NCBI RefSeq assembly: GCF_009914755.1
Contig: NC_060948.1
Reading direction: 5' to 3' (one strand)
From: the human T2T-CHM13v2.0 reference genome, Homo sapiens
DNA length: 64,000 bases
The notes under the pieces were generated by a model. The model ran no database searches. It saw nothing but the letters and a program-made list of their open reading frames with translations, and was not told the origin of the DNA. The position numbers and the translations under genes were made by a program. Positions 38,630 to 51,605 of the stretch are shown here, piece after piece (within the stretch, counting starts at the first letter, position 1; the number at the start of each line of letters is the position of its first letter).

Positions 38630-38947
38630 GCCGGGTGCAGTGGCTCATGCCTGTAATCCCAACACTTTGGGAGGCCGAGGCGGCTGGATCACCTGAGGTC
38701 AGGAGTTCGAGACCAGCCTGGCCAACATGGCGAAACCCTGTCTCTACCAAAAAAAAAAAAAAAATAGAAAAATAAAATAAAAAAAGGCAAAAATTGGCTG
38801 GGTGTGCTGGCACGTGCCCATAATCCCAGCTACTCAGGAGGCTGAGGCAAGAGAATTGCTTGAACCTGGGAGGCAAAGGCTGCTGTGAGCCAAGATCACG
38901 TCACTGCACTCCAGCCTAGGTAACAACTACAACAACAACAAAAAACA
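38630..38947 (+). mobile_element. AluSx-like element
   Basis: Dimer with expanded middle A tract. Confidence 0.93.
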
Positions 38948-39345
38948 ACTAAAAGTGGGACTCAAACAGATGTCTGTATACTAATTTTCATAGCATATTC
39001 CCAACAGCCAAAAGATAGGAAAAAAAACCAAAGCATTCATCCAAGATGAACAGTAAACTGTGGCATACACATACAATAAAATATTATTCAGTAATAAAAA
39101 GGAACATAGTAGTAATACATGCTGCAATATAAATGAACCCTGAAAACATTTTGCTGAGTAAAAACAGCTGACATATACAATATGATATCATTTATATATC
39201 AATAACAGGCAATCCACAGAGACAGAAGATAGGCTAGTGACTGCAAGGACCTAACTGAAGAAAGGAAGAAAGAGGAGTGACCACTAAAATAACATTTCAA
39301 TGAAAGAAATATACACATTGTAAACTCGTTGAAGAAAATAAACAG

Positions 39346-39648
39346 GCAGGGCATGGTGGTTAACGCCTACAATCCTAGCACTTACGGAGGCCAAGGTGGG
39401 CAGATCACCTGAGACCAGGAGTTCGAGACTGGCCTAGACAACATGGCAAAACCCTGTCTCTACTAAAAATACAAAATTAGCCAGGCATGGTGGTAGGTGC
39501 CTATAATCTCAGCTACTCAAGAGGCTGAGGCAGGACAATCACCCGAACCCAAGTGGCCGAGGTTGCAGTGAGTCAGATCACACCACTTCATTCCAGCCTG
39601 GGCGTCAAAAGCAACACTGTCTCAGGAAAAAAAAAAAAAAAAAAAAAA
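39346..39648 (+). mobile_element. AluS
   Basis: Dimer with poly-A. Confidence 0.93.
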
Positions 39649-40337
39649 GCCTTAAAAACAAATGAAATTCTAATACATATTATATGAATGACTAAATTAA
39701 ACACATGCCAGGTAAAAGAATCCAGACACAAAAGGAACAATAATGCATTATTCCACTTATAACTTACCAAGGGAAGATACGTTCATACAGATCAAGGTGT
39801 AATGCAGGCAAACAAGGGCTGAGTGTGGTGAATAGGAATTTATAGCTGAATGGCTACAGAGTTTTGTTGGTATGATTAAAGAAAAGTTTTCGAAGAGTGG
39901 TGATGGCTATGAGGTACTTACTGCTAAAGAAATTTAACACTTAAAAGTTATTTAAATGGCAAATTGTGTTATATATATTTTAACACAAAACTTTAAAAAA
40001 AATGAAAAATGATTTTTTCTGGAATAAGTAAAGATCTCTCCCTGGAAGAGATGGGAAAATTCAAAGATCAGAAAGACTATCCATAATCACAGACTATCAT
40101 GTGCTAAAGCATATGAACAATAAAATTTTAGAGTAAGGGTAAGAATAACAGATTTTCTAAATTATCACCAAAACACTTCCAACACGAAGGACATGAGATG
40201 CTGATTCACAAGGACACATAACAGATTAAAATAGGCCTATTCTAAAACATATCAATTTGAAACTCTGGAAAAATAGTTCTATATTCCCAGTTTTTAGAAA
40301 ATTAGTATTTTCCTAAGTCTTCAACATCCCCACAGCC

Positions 40338-40722
40338 TGTGACCATCTAACCCAAATGACCAGGTCCATCAATAGGATAAGGATAGTCCCTGCCAAGTTG
40401 ACCTTCTTGCCTTTCCCTGATTATGATCTAGAAAAATCCAAAGACATCAGTAAAATTCTCTCTAGACTTTTGCTTGAGTATTCTGTCCTGACCCCTAATA
40501 GAGGAGTTCCACTTTCTCTCAGCTCCTGATGTGCTGGGTGAGGCCATTCTCTGGGAGTTCCACCTAGATGACCCCTTGTGTGGGGTGTCAGGCCTCCTTC
40601 TTCTAGAACCTGTGAGTATAACAAATCCTTTAATCTCATTTGCCTCATCAAGTATAATCTCCACAGCCATATTGGAATGAGCCTTAGTGACCCCAAAAAG
40701 ACCACTTACTCCTCTATTTACA
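40338..40722 (+). mobile_element. Old LTR-like relic (ERVL type, family uncertain)
   Basis: TG...ACA-bounded GC-richer block with ctgtgagtataacaaa R-like motif. Confidence 0.4.
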
Positions 40723-41038
40723 ACATAAGGACAAAGACTTCCAGGGGTAGGGCACTAAGCAACAGGTCACATGAAAAAAATTGTTATTAAGGAGCTTCAG
40801 ACTCCATACCAGCAATTCTAGGACCAAGAAAATGGAAAACTACTTCCAAAATTATATTTTTAAAAAACTATTTCCATCCTAGATTTAAATATTTATACTA
40901 TTAATTTACAGTTGCAAGGGTAAAAGAAAGATATTTCACACAAACATATATGTGAAGTCTCAAAACAACATTATATCTCATGAATCTTTCCTTAAGAAGC
41001 TACTAAAGAATGTGCTCATCTAGAAAATACTATACACT

Positions 41039-41324
41039 GGCTGGGCATGGAGGCTCACACCTATAATCCCAGCACTCTGAGAACAAGGCAGGTATGGATT
41101 ACTCAAGTTCAAGAGTTCAAAGCCAGCCTCAGGTAATGAAACTGTTTCTTGAAAAAAAACACAAAAATTAGCCAGCCATGGTGACTTGCACCTGTAGTTC
41201 CAGCTACCTGGGCAGCTGAAGTGGAAAAATGGCTTCAGCCACAAAGATGGAGGTTGCAGTGAGTCAACACTGAGCCAGTGCACCCCCACCTGGACGACAG
41301 AGCAAGAATCTGTCTCTAAAAATA
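41039..41324 (+). mobile_element. AluJ-like element
   Basis: Diverged dimer. Confidence 0.9.
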
Positions 41325-41809
41325 ATGAAAAACAATTATATACCAACAAAAAAGATACGTGATAAAGAAAACAGCAGTACCAGAACAAAGAAAAAAGGTT
41401 CAAAAATGGCATCTATGTCCCAGATAGAATTTAGGAATACCATGACTCAGGACATATGCATACTGATGTCTACCAACATCTGCTGTTCCTGTATTTCTTT
41501 ATCTGAAAAATGTCCAGTTAAACTTGGTTTTGATTATTATATGTGCAAACCTATTTTTTTAAACCACCTCTACTATCCTTTTCACACACTATAAACTAGA
41601 TGACTAGAAGGCCATCTCACTCCCCTTAGAAGTGTTCTAACATGACCATCATTTGAATTGTCCACTCTCTCCCTCATCTTATTTCCTCACAAATTTCTAG
41701 TACCTGGAACATATAAGAGCCTAGTCAGAAACACTAATTGTAAGAAGTATGTTGTCCTAAAGTCTGTTTCTAAAAATCAGTTTTATTTATGCTGGGGTAT
41801 TCAGTTTTT

Positions 41810-42830
41810 CAAAACTAAACAATATCCAATTATTTATAAGTTGTTGAAGAAAACAACAAAATTTCAAGGAATCTATAAAATCTACTCCTAGAACTAGCAT
41901 GAATTTAGTAAGCTCTTATGATACAAAGTCAATTTTAAAACTCAACTATTATTTCTTATATAGTACTAACAATAAACAACTATATATAAAAATTTAGCAC
42001 CAAAATTTTAAATATTTAGATCTTAGTATAAGAATATATTTAATAAGACATGCAGGATCTGTATGTTGAAACTGTCAAAACAAGAAATTAAAGCACAAAA
42101 CAATTGAAAAGTTATTTCATTTACATGAATTAAAAGAATTACTATAGATAAGATGAACATCCTTCCTAAAATAATTAATAAACTCAACAAAATCCAAATG
42201 AACCCCCAAGAACTGGCTTGTCTATACCTGTAAAAAAGTACTCCCTTGAGTGCAGGCTATTGATAGTGACTTTCTTCCAGACAATATGATATGCAAAGAA
42301 GCAAAAACAGTAACTTCACAGTGGAGAAACCTAACAAACATGCCTCAGCCAGTGAATAACATTAACATTGCTAAGTCATGTTGACAGTATATGTCTCTGA
42401 TATGATGTGATAAAAATGCACTTTATTTTTGTAATTTTCCCCCTAAAAAAATGATAATCCTAATTTAATCATGAGAAATACAACACATGATCCCTGTTCA
42501 GGGACATGCTACAAAATACCTGACCAATACTCCTGAGTACTATTAACATCATCAAAAATAAGGAAAGCCTGAGAAAGTGGCAACAGACAAGATCATAAGG
42601 AGACATGACAACTAAATGAAATGAGCTATCCTAGTCGGAACTCTGAAAGAGAAAAAGGACAATAGGGAAAAACTCTTAAGAAGAATTTGAATAGAGACTT
42701 TAGTTAATGTATCAATACTGCTTCATAATACTGTGACAGATCTATCATCCTAGTGGAAGAGGCTAAGAGGGAAACGGAGTATACATAGAAACTCTCTAAT
42801 AACTTGTAAAATGTAGTATACACTTGACCA
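41810..42830 (+). mobile_element. L1MC-type ORF2 and 3'-end fragments
   Basis: gtaacttcacagtggagaaacct...aagtcatgttgacag motif. Confidence 0.65.
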
Positions 42831-42854
42831 TGTCTATAAAAAGTAAAAACATTA

Positions 42855-43864
42855 TTGGACATTTAGGTTGGTTCCAGGTCTTTGCTATTGTGAATAGTGC
42901 CGATATAAACATATGTGTGCATGTGTCTTTATAGCAGCATGATTTATAATCCTTTGGGTATATACCCAGTAATGGGATGGCTGGGTCAAATGGTATTTCT
43001 AGTTCTAGATCCCTGAGGAATCGCCACACTGACTTCCACAATGGTTGAACTAGTTTACAGTCCCACCAACAGTGTAAAAGTGTTCCTATTTCTCCCCATC
43101 CTCTCCAGCACCTGTTGTTTCCTGACTTTTTAATGATCGCCATTCTAACTGGTGTGAGATGGTATCTCATTGTGGTTTTGATTTGCATTTCTCTGATGGC
43201 CAGTGATGATGAGCATTTTTTCATGCATTTTTTGGCTGCATAAATGTCTTCTTTTGAGAAGTGTCTGTTCACGTCCTTTGCCCACTTTTTGATGGGGTTG
43301 TTTGTTTTTTTCTTGTAAATTTGTTTGAGTTCATTGTAGATTCTGGATATTAGCCCTTTGTCAGATGAGTAGTTTGCAAAAATTTTCTCCCATTCTGTAG
43401 GTGGCCTGTTCATTCTGATGGTAGTTTCTTTTGCTGTGCAGAAGCTCTTTAGTTCAAATGTCCAACAAGGATAGACTGGATTAAGAAAATGTGGCACATA
43501 CGCACCATGGAATACTATGCAGCCATAAAAAATGATGAGTTCATGTCCTTTGTAGGGACATGGATGAAGCTGGAAACCATCATTCTCAGCAAACTATCGC
43601 AAGGACAAAAAACCAAACATCGCATATTCTCACTCATAGGTGGGAATTGAACCATGAGAACACATGGACACAGGAAGGGGAACATCACACTCTGGGGACT
43701 GTTGTGGGGTGGGGGTAGGGATAGCATTAGGAGATATACCTAATGCTAAATGACGAGTTAAGTGATGCAGCACATCAACATGGCACACGTATACATATGT
43801 AACAAACCTGCATGTTGTGCACATGTACCCTAAAACTTAAAGTATAATAATAATAAAATTTAAA
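42855..43864 (+). mobile_element. Young L1PA insertion with 5' inversion (twin priming)
   Basis: Inverted ORF2 42855-about 43454, sense 3' end to poly-A; 17-bp TSD AAAAAGTAAAAAC(A/G)TTA at 42838-42854 and 43865-43881. Confidence 0.93.
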
Positions 43865-44666
43865 AAAAAGTAAAAACGTTACAATCATTCTGTCAACCAT
43901 TGTCCTAGATAAAGGCATTAGGAGAGTACTAGGTCAGCCTCCATTTGCAACCTATAAAGTTTAAAATTCATATTCAGAATTTATGAGGAATTTATTTACC
44001 TCTTATACATGTACACCTAATGTACTTAAGCTTACCTGTTATATTTTCAGCCATTTAAGCAAGTTCTCAAGAATCAGTCTATTACATCAGTCCCTGGGAT
44101 CTTATCATTTAAAAAATCTTAACATTTTATGTCTTCTAAATAGGTTATTAAAATTAATAACTATTACCAATCTCCTTCATTATAGTTTCTCTGTCGAATT
44201 TACCTTATCCAAAGCATTGTCCTTATTTTTAATAGGTAAGTCAAGTACTGACCTATGGATAAAATTCCTAATCCTACTATAACCAGACTTTTCTGAAGTC
44301 TTAAACACAGGATGGGGCAAGAGTGTGAGGATCATTTATTTTGATTTCTTTATACTACACCATGTCTGTTTCATAATAATTGCAGTAATCGTCTGACTGA
44401 TTTTTCTCTTGGTAAACCAAAATTCACGCACTCTTTATTATGTGCTTCTTGGGTCCTCAGTGGCTGAAGTTGTCCTTGTTCATCCCACTATGAAACCTTT
44501 TAATATTATTATAGGCAAGATCATTGTTTTCCTTTACCACTTACAAAAATGGTTTAACAACCATTTCAACATCAACCCCTTGATGAATGCCCAAAACTTA
44601 AGTTTTATCAATCCCTGAACCCAATTTTAGTCTTAAACAGCCTTCTAATTATTTTTAATATTTGTT

Positions 44667-44772
44667 TTGTATTTAAATCTATTCATTTTAGTCTGTTATC
44701 AGCTTAAATCCCTAATTTCTTGTATTTAAATCTATTCATTTTAGTCTGTTATAAGCTTAAATCCCTAATTTC
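44667..44772 (+). repeat. 53-bp tandem duplication with 1 mismatch
   Basis: ttgtatttaaatctattcattttagtctgttat(c/a)agcttaaatccctaatttc twice. Confidence 0.93.
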
Positions 44773-45107
44773 CTTAAAAGTATTCCTAAGTACCTGAAAT
44801 TCACTGTTTCATTAAAGCCAGAGAACATAAAACTCATTTGTTAATCACAGATTAAATACACAAACATACTTCTTAAAAGTATTAAAATGACTGCCAAGAA
44901 CCAACAATATATTTATATAAAGAAAAAAATTCAAGAGCAAATAATGAAAGTTAACTATTAAAAAAACACTTCAGAGTTCTATAACCCCTACCATATTTTT
45001 ATCTTTAACATAATAGAAATACAAGGAGAAAAAGAAGTGGAAAAGGTGCCATGTCATTTTTTCTTTAACCTCATGACCTTGCTTCACTTCTTTTAAATAA
45101 AAAAATG

Positions 45108-45404
45108 GGGTCGGGCACATTGGCTCACACCTGTAATCCCAACACTTCGGGAGGTCAGGATGGCAGACTGCTTGATCTCGGAAGTTCAAGACCAGTGTGG
45201 GCAATATGGCAAAACCCCATCTCCACAAAGAATACAAAAAATATCCTGGCATGGTGGCGCACGCCTGTAGCCCCAGCTACTCAGATGGCTGATGTGGGAG
45301 GACTGCTTGAGCTGGGGAAGCGGAGATAGCAGTTAGCCATTATTGTGCCACCACACTCCAGACTGGACGACAGAGCCAAACCTTGTCTCAAGAAGAAAAA
45401 AAAA
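45108..45404 (+). mobile_element. AluJ-like element
   Basis: Dimer with A tail. Confidence 0.92.
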
Positions 45405-45409
45405 TGAGG

Positions 45410-45685
45410 GTGAGGGGTGTAAAGAGATGTTGGTCAAAGGAAACAAAATTTTAGTAAGATAGCATAAGTTCAAGGGATCTACTATAAAACATAGTAACTA
45501 TATTCATATTATATATCTTGAAAATTGCAGAGAGTAAATTTTAAATGTTCTTAACACCAAAATAAATAGAAATTTGTGAAGTAATGCAAATGTTAGTTTC
45601 TACAATGTACACATATTTCAAAACGAGATGTTGTACACGAGAAAGATACATAATTTTTATGTCATTTTACAAATAATTTTTTAAA
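45410..45685 (+). mobile_element. L1MA 3' end
   Basis: ttggtcaaagga...aagttcaagggatcta...ttgaaaattgc. Confidence 0.75.
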
Positions 45686-45824
45686 GGGGAAATACAAACT
45701 TTACAAAAGGTCCTGACTACTGTATACATACTAGAACAAAAAAATTTATGACAACTTCTCCCATTTTTATGAGTTTTAAGGATTTGTAAGAATTTTCTTA
45801 GAAATGAAAACAGAAGCAATTGTC

Positions 45825-45990
45825 AAAGAACAAAAAAGAAGGAAGGAAAGGAAGAAAGAGAAGGAAGGAGAGAAAGGAAAGAGAAGGAAAAGAAGGGAAA
45901 TGAGGGAAGGAGGGTGGAAAGGAGGGAGGGAGCGAAAGAAGGAGGGGAAAGGACAGGGTGGGGGGCGCGGGAAGGAGAGTGGAAGAGAAA
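45825..45990 (+). repeat. GA-rich low-complexity tract
   Basis: Direct reading. Confidence 0.9.
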
Positions 45991-46319
45991 TTAGTAATAT
46001 AAACTACAATCCAATGGTACAAATAATACTAAGCAGTGATAGGAATTCAAGAACATAGTTACTCTCATACATACTGATATGCAAATATAAATCAATAAAG
46101 CCTTTCAAGAGGACAATCTAGCATTAAGCATTCAAAAGTTCATTTAAAAACAAGAGTATTTGTGTGTGTGTATTCCTCGCTTCCATGATGCCGGTAATGG
46201 ATATATAACAGCAATTATTGGCACATAAAAATTTTCACTAGGCTTGTCAACAGTGATTATTTTAAAAGCATAAAAAGAAACAAAGAGACTAAAATGCTCA
46301 GTAAGAAAATGTTTTCTAG

Positions 46320-46622
46320 TTTTAAGAAGAGTCTCACTCTGTTGCCCAAGCTGGAGTGCAATGGCACCATCTCAGCTCACCTCCGCCTCCTGGGTTCAAG
46401 AGATTCTCCTGTCTCAATGGGTTCAAGAGATTCTCGTCTCAGTCCCAGAGAAGCTGGGATTACAGGTGTGCGCCACCGCACCCTGCTAGTTTTTGTTATT
46501 TTTAGTAGAGACGAGGTTTACCATATTGGCCAGGCTGGTCTCAAACTCCCGACCTCAGGTGATCTGCCTAACTTGGCCTCCCGAAGTCCTGGAATTACAG
46601 GCATGAGCCACCATGCCCAGCC
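46320..46622 (-). mobile_element. AluS with small internal duplication
   Basis: gggttcaagagattctc occurs twice. Confidence 0.92.
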
Positions 46623-46989
46623 GAGAAAATGTTTAACTTAAGTAATGGAATAAGGGGTTACAAATGTTTTAAAATTGTATATGCAGGCTATAAATTTCAG
46701 GTATTTTGGCACGATATTATTAGTATACTCTATTGACTTTAAGTTACAAACTGGTATGCAGAGTAAAAAACACATTTTAAATTCTGAAATGTTTATATTG
46801 ACACAATAGTCTATTAGGAGTTTTATCAAAAGTTTTAACAGTTGTCTCTTGGTGGCAAATGTATTACTGAAGCCTTCGTAGAATTTTTCTTAAATACTGT
46901 GAGTCACCAAGCTCAATGCAGTAAATACAGATGTAAACAAAACACAAAGCAATAATTTATCTTTTTAGTTATCTGAACACTGGTTTTTT

Positions 46990-47532
46990 TGATGTTTCTT
47001 TTATTGAGATGAAATCCACATAACATACAATTAGCAATTTTAGAGTGTACAATTCAGTGGCATTTAGTATATTCTCAATGTTGTGCAGCCACCACCACTC
47101 TCTATTTTCAAGTTTTTTTGTTACTCCAGAAGTACACACTATAATTCTCTGGCAATCATTAATCTACTCTGTCTCTAAGGATTTACCTATTCTGAATATT
47201 TTATATAAAATAAGTCAAAAAACACGGGATTCTGTGTCTGGCTCCTTTCACTTAGCATAATGTCTTTAAGGGACATGCAGGTTGTAGCAGGTATCAGTAC
47301 TCCATTCCTTTTTATGGCTGAGTAATATTCCGTTGTCTGTATATACTACAGCTTGTTTACATAGTCATGGACATTTGAGTTGTTTCCACCTTTTGGCTAC
47401 TTGAATCAAGTTGCTATGGGCATTCATGAACAAGTGTTTGTTTGAGTGGTTTGTTTTGTTTCAATTATTTAGGGGTGTATACCTCAGAGTAGCATTTCTG
47501 GTTCATTGGTAATTCTGTGAAGTTTTTGAGGA
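46990..47532 (-). mobile_element. L1MB-type 3' end
   Basis: gtgtacaattcagtggcatttagtatattc; ttcctttttatggctgagtaatattc. Confidence 0.8.
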
Positions 47533-47561
47533 TATATACATATATATATATATATGTACAT

Positions 47562-48218
47562 ATTTTTATTATACTTTAAGTTCTGGGGTACATGTGCACA
47601 ATGTGCAGGTTTGTTACATATGTATACATGTGCTATGTTGGTGTGCTGCACCCATTAACTCGTCATTTACATTAGGTATATCTCCTAATGCTATTCCTCC
47701 CCCCTCCCCCCAACCCCACAACAGGCCCTGGTGTGTAATGTTCCCTTTCCTGTGTCCAAGTGTTCTCATTGTTTAATTCCCACCTATGAGTGAGAACGCC
47801 CAGTGTTTGTTTTTTTGTCCCTCCAATAGTTTGCTGAAATGATAGTTTCCAGCTTCATCCATGTCCCTACAAAGGACATGAACTCATCCTTTTTTATGGC
47901 TGCATAGTATTCCACGGTGTATATGTGCCACATTTTCTTAATCCAGTCTATCATTGATGGGCATTTGGGTTGGTTCCAAGTCTTTGCTATTGTGAATAGT
48001 GCCTCAATAATCTTACATATGCATGTGTCTTTACAACAGCATGATTTATAATCCTTTGGGCATATACTCAGTAATGGGATGGCTGGGTCAAATCCTATTT
48101 CTAGTTCCAGATCCTTGAGGAATCATCACACTGTCTTCCACAATGGTTGAACTAGTTTACAGTTCCACCAACAGTGTATAAGTTTTCCTATTTCTCCATA
48201 TCCTCTCCAGCACCTGTT
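47562..48218 (-). mobile_element. L1PA 5'-truncated element, preceded by (TA)n
   Basis: tatactttaagttctggggtacatgtgcac...ccagcacctgttg. Confidence 0.92.
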
Positions 48219-49179
48219 GACATTACTAAAATAACATTCTCATCAAGGTCATCAGGGTCTCAGAACTGGCTACATACAACCTCCAAGAAAGTTTCGTTCT
48301 TTCTGTTTTTGCAATGTGTTCTGCCACAAATTCATCAGTTCTCAAAGCTAACAGAACTTTTACTAGTTGCCCAATGCATCAATTCCATAGTTCTGAGAGC
48401 ATGGGCATGAATGTCTGAAAACCTGAGGTATGATCACTAATATGCTATTCTCTGAACTTCTCAATTGCATTTTCCTCCTTGAATAAATCAGACTAAATTA
48501 GTGACACCACAAATTGTGATCATTGAGAAATCTCTAAAGGTTTTTCAGAAGCCGAGTAGGAAGCTATCTATGACTTTTTAAAACTCTGACTGAATTCTAA
48601 ATATATTTAATTGGACATTACATGAAGACGTTGTGTATTTAACTTCTGAATGCAGGGAAGATAAATACAAAATCACCTGATGGATATGCAAAAATTTATC
48701 AGCTTTACAAAGACATATAATACCATTCTATGAGCACAAGTTTATTGCAATATTTTGTCCTTTACTGTCAACAAAAGAACACAGCCACATGATATAGGAA
48801 AAATCTATATTCTTTACAAATTTTCCATGAATCTCTAGCTAAAAGATCATATGACATATATGCAACGATTTATCAGCTTTCAGAGCTTTAATTGATATTC
48901 ATTACTTGTGGGTTCTGTTATTTGACTCACGAAAATTTATATATACACAAAATCAATACTTAATGATGGTTTCAAAGATATTCACAGACCTGCTCAGGGC
49001 AGCAATAAATTCGACCCACTGGATACACACTCCCAGCTAATGTTAGAAGCGGTGGGCCTTTCTCTGACTTCATGTGTCAAGTATTCTAAACAAACAGGCT
49101 TTTCCTGCTGTATGCAGTGTCACATTTTTCTGATTTTTGCTCTTTTGTTAGTAATTTCGCTGTTTAAAATCACTATCCA

Positions 49180-49487
49180 GCTGGGTGCAGTGGCTCACAC
49201 CTGTAATCCCAGCACTCTGAGAGGCCAAAGCAGGCGTATCACTTGAGGTCAGAAGTTTAAGACCAGCTTGGCCAACATGGTGAGACCCCATCTCTATTAA
49301 AAATATAAAAATTAGCTGGGTGTGGTGGCACATACCTGTAATCCCAGCTCCTAGGGAGGCTGAGGCACAAGAATCCCTTGAACCCAAGAATCGCTTGAAC
49401 CCAGGAGACATAGGTTGCAGTAAGCCAAGATCGCACCACTGCACACCAGCCTCGTTGACAGAGTGAGATTGTGTTTCAAAAAATAAA
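49180..49487 (+). mobile_element. AluS
   Basis: Dimer. Confidence 0.92.
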
Positions 49488-49860
49488 GCTGAGTGCAGTG
49501 GCTCACACCTGTAATCCCAGCACTTGGGAGGCCAAGGCGGGTGGATCATGAGGTCAGGAGATCAAGACCATCCTGGCTAACACGGTGAAACCCCATCTCT
49601 ACTAAAAATACAAAAAAATTGCCAGGCGTGGTGGCGGGCACCTGCAGTCCCAGCTACTTGGGAGGCTGAGGCAGGAGGCTGAGGCTGAGACAGATGAACC
49701 CGGGAGGTGGAGGTGGCAGTGAGCCGAGATCACGTCACAGCACTCCAGCCTGGGTGACAGTGAGACCCTGTCTCAAAAAAGTAAATAAATACATAAAATA
49801 AATACATAAAAAATAATAAAATACAATATAAAATAACAAAATAAAATGAAACATTAAGAA
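49488..49860 (+). mobile_element. Alu (Y/Sc-like) with long A-rich tail
   Basis: agaccatcctggctaacacgg. Confidence 0.92.
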
Positions 49861-50304
49861 GTATACAAAATCACTAACCGATGTATAGTGCTGAAGAGCT
49901 GTCTGATGTCCCTAAGTACAAAAAGAACGTCATGTGCCAATGTGCCTAAATACAAAAAGAATGTGATGTGCCTCACAGAAAAATATATTTCATTCAGGCA
50001 TGAGTTATAATGCTTCTGGCTTTGAGTTCAATGATAATGAATCAACAATTTAGATTTTAGTAGGGATTTTTAAACAGAAATACACATAAAATATAGTTAT
50101 GTATTGATCAGCTAACAACAATGTTGTGATCAAAGGCTAATAGGAACTTTATCCTGTATTTCCCTTTAGGAACAATAGTTCAGTATTTGCTAATTCAGTT
50201 TTCACAATGATTTATAACATTAATCTAAATGACAAGAATCTATATCCATTGTTAAGCAAATTCATTGTTTTATACAGACACACACACACACATATACTGA
50301 GTCT

Positions 50305-50726
50305 GAGTCTAGTAAGACAGAGAGCCTATCTCAGGCTGCTAATCTGGATAACAGAAGCCTAGTATTCATTGCAAGCTTTGGCCTAAGGCTCATGAAAGCT
50401 GCCCAAAGCATATGGAGTCTCATCTGCCCATGTCCACTTGCACCATAGCTGAGGAACCCTGAAAAGCAGCCCTAAGTTTAACACCCTGGCATTATAAGCC
50501 TTAATGAGCTAAACAGTTGAAAGAACACACCACCAGCTCTTTAGTGCACCCTGTTTCTGGTGTGGAAGGCAGTTGGGAAAAAAGGAGGCTGTTTGCTGAG
50601 TCCCTCATCATCTTAGGATGTTGTATTCCCAGTACATTCTACAGTCATTCTTGTGAACTACAAGTGAGAAAGAATGAAAACTGGGTTGGTCCAAGGCCAT
50701 GCTGACTACCATACTCCATGAAACAT
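50305..50726 (-). mobile_element. Probable LTR relic (family uncertain)
   Basis: GC-richer block whose minus strand begins TGTTTCATGG. Confidence 0.35.
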
Positions 50727-50864
50727 ACACTATGGTCACTAGTTTATATAAATATTCTACTTTATACTGAAAACAAACAGTATTTCCACATTACAGATTA
50801 AGAAACTGTATATTTAAGAAATTCCCTTCTCTAGGCAACAGAAAAAAGCTATAATCAAGAATCA

Positions 50865-51032
50865 GGAAGGGAGAGCACTGGGAAGAATAGCTAATGGATG
50901 CTGGGCTTAATACCAAGGTGATGGGTGGATCTGTGCAGCAAACAACCATGGTACATGTCTACTTATATAACAAACCTGCACATCCTGCACATGTACCCCA
51001 GAACTTAAAATAAAAGTTGAAGGAAAAAAACA
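50865..51032 (+). mobile_element. L1PA/PREC-type 3' tip
   Basis: gaatagctaatggatgctgggcttaatac...aacttaaaataaaagtt. Confidence 0.85.
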
Positions 51033-51414
51033 CCGAATTCCTTTTTTAAAAAAACAGATTTTTATATTTTCAAACTATACCAACACTTCAAATTAAAGAA
51101 ACACCATCTTCAATTTAAACAGCAACACAAATAGGCTCATCCATAAATGAAATAAAACTATTATTTTTGGAGAAGCATAACTCAAAGACCTATTAGTGGG
51201 AAGCACCCATTTTATGTTCTTATACTCTATGTACCAGGACAGAGTATTATAATTTCACCCAAGAAAGTGAAAGGCAAACAAAAGAAGAAAAAGAAACATA
51301 AAGTTTGACATACATTATTAGTCATTCTTGGAGTAATAGTAAATGTACAGGAACCAAAAACACAGAGCCAAAATTTTTAACAAAAGTGGCTGTCAGTACA
51401 ACAGGTAACAAATT

Positions 51415-51454
51415 ACTTACCTGAAAGAAGAATAGAAGAGAGAAAGTTATGAAT
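51415..51454 (-). other. Candidate recursive splice site (3' splice site abutting a 5' splice site) in UTY intron 3
   Basis: Minus strand reads ATTCATAACTTTCTCTCTTCTATTCTTCTTTCAG|GTAAGT in non-repetitive DNA. Confidence 0.55.
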
Positions 51455-51605
51455 GGCTGGAATCTCAGTTAGCTTGTAATTGGAAAACTTTCAACTCAAC
51501 ACCAAATATAAAATATAAATGAATGTCTCTGTATTCATTTTATTTTCTTCTCTACTATTACAAGTGATCAAGTTAACCTCTACGTCTAAAAAGACTAATT
51601 CTTTT

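Larger units (their letters stand above)
48960..50245 (+). mobile_element. MER44/Tigger7 DNA transposon split by two tandem Alus
   Basis: atttcgctgtttaaaat...caggcatgagttata...gagttcaatg; AAAATCACTA duplicated around the Alus. Confidence 0.8.

Noticed and set aside
42796-43497. 233-aa ORF, the longest in the window
   Set aside because: L1 ORF2 C-terminal fragment made chimeric by the inversion; not a gene
45798-46058. Charged and Pro/Phe-rich ORFs on both strands
   Set aside because: Translation of a GA-rich low-complexity tract
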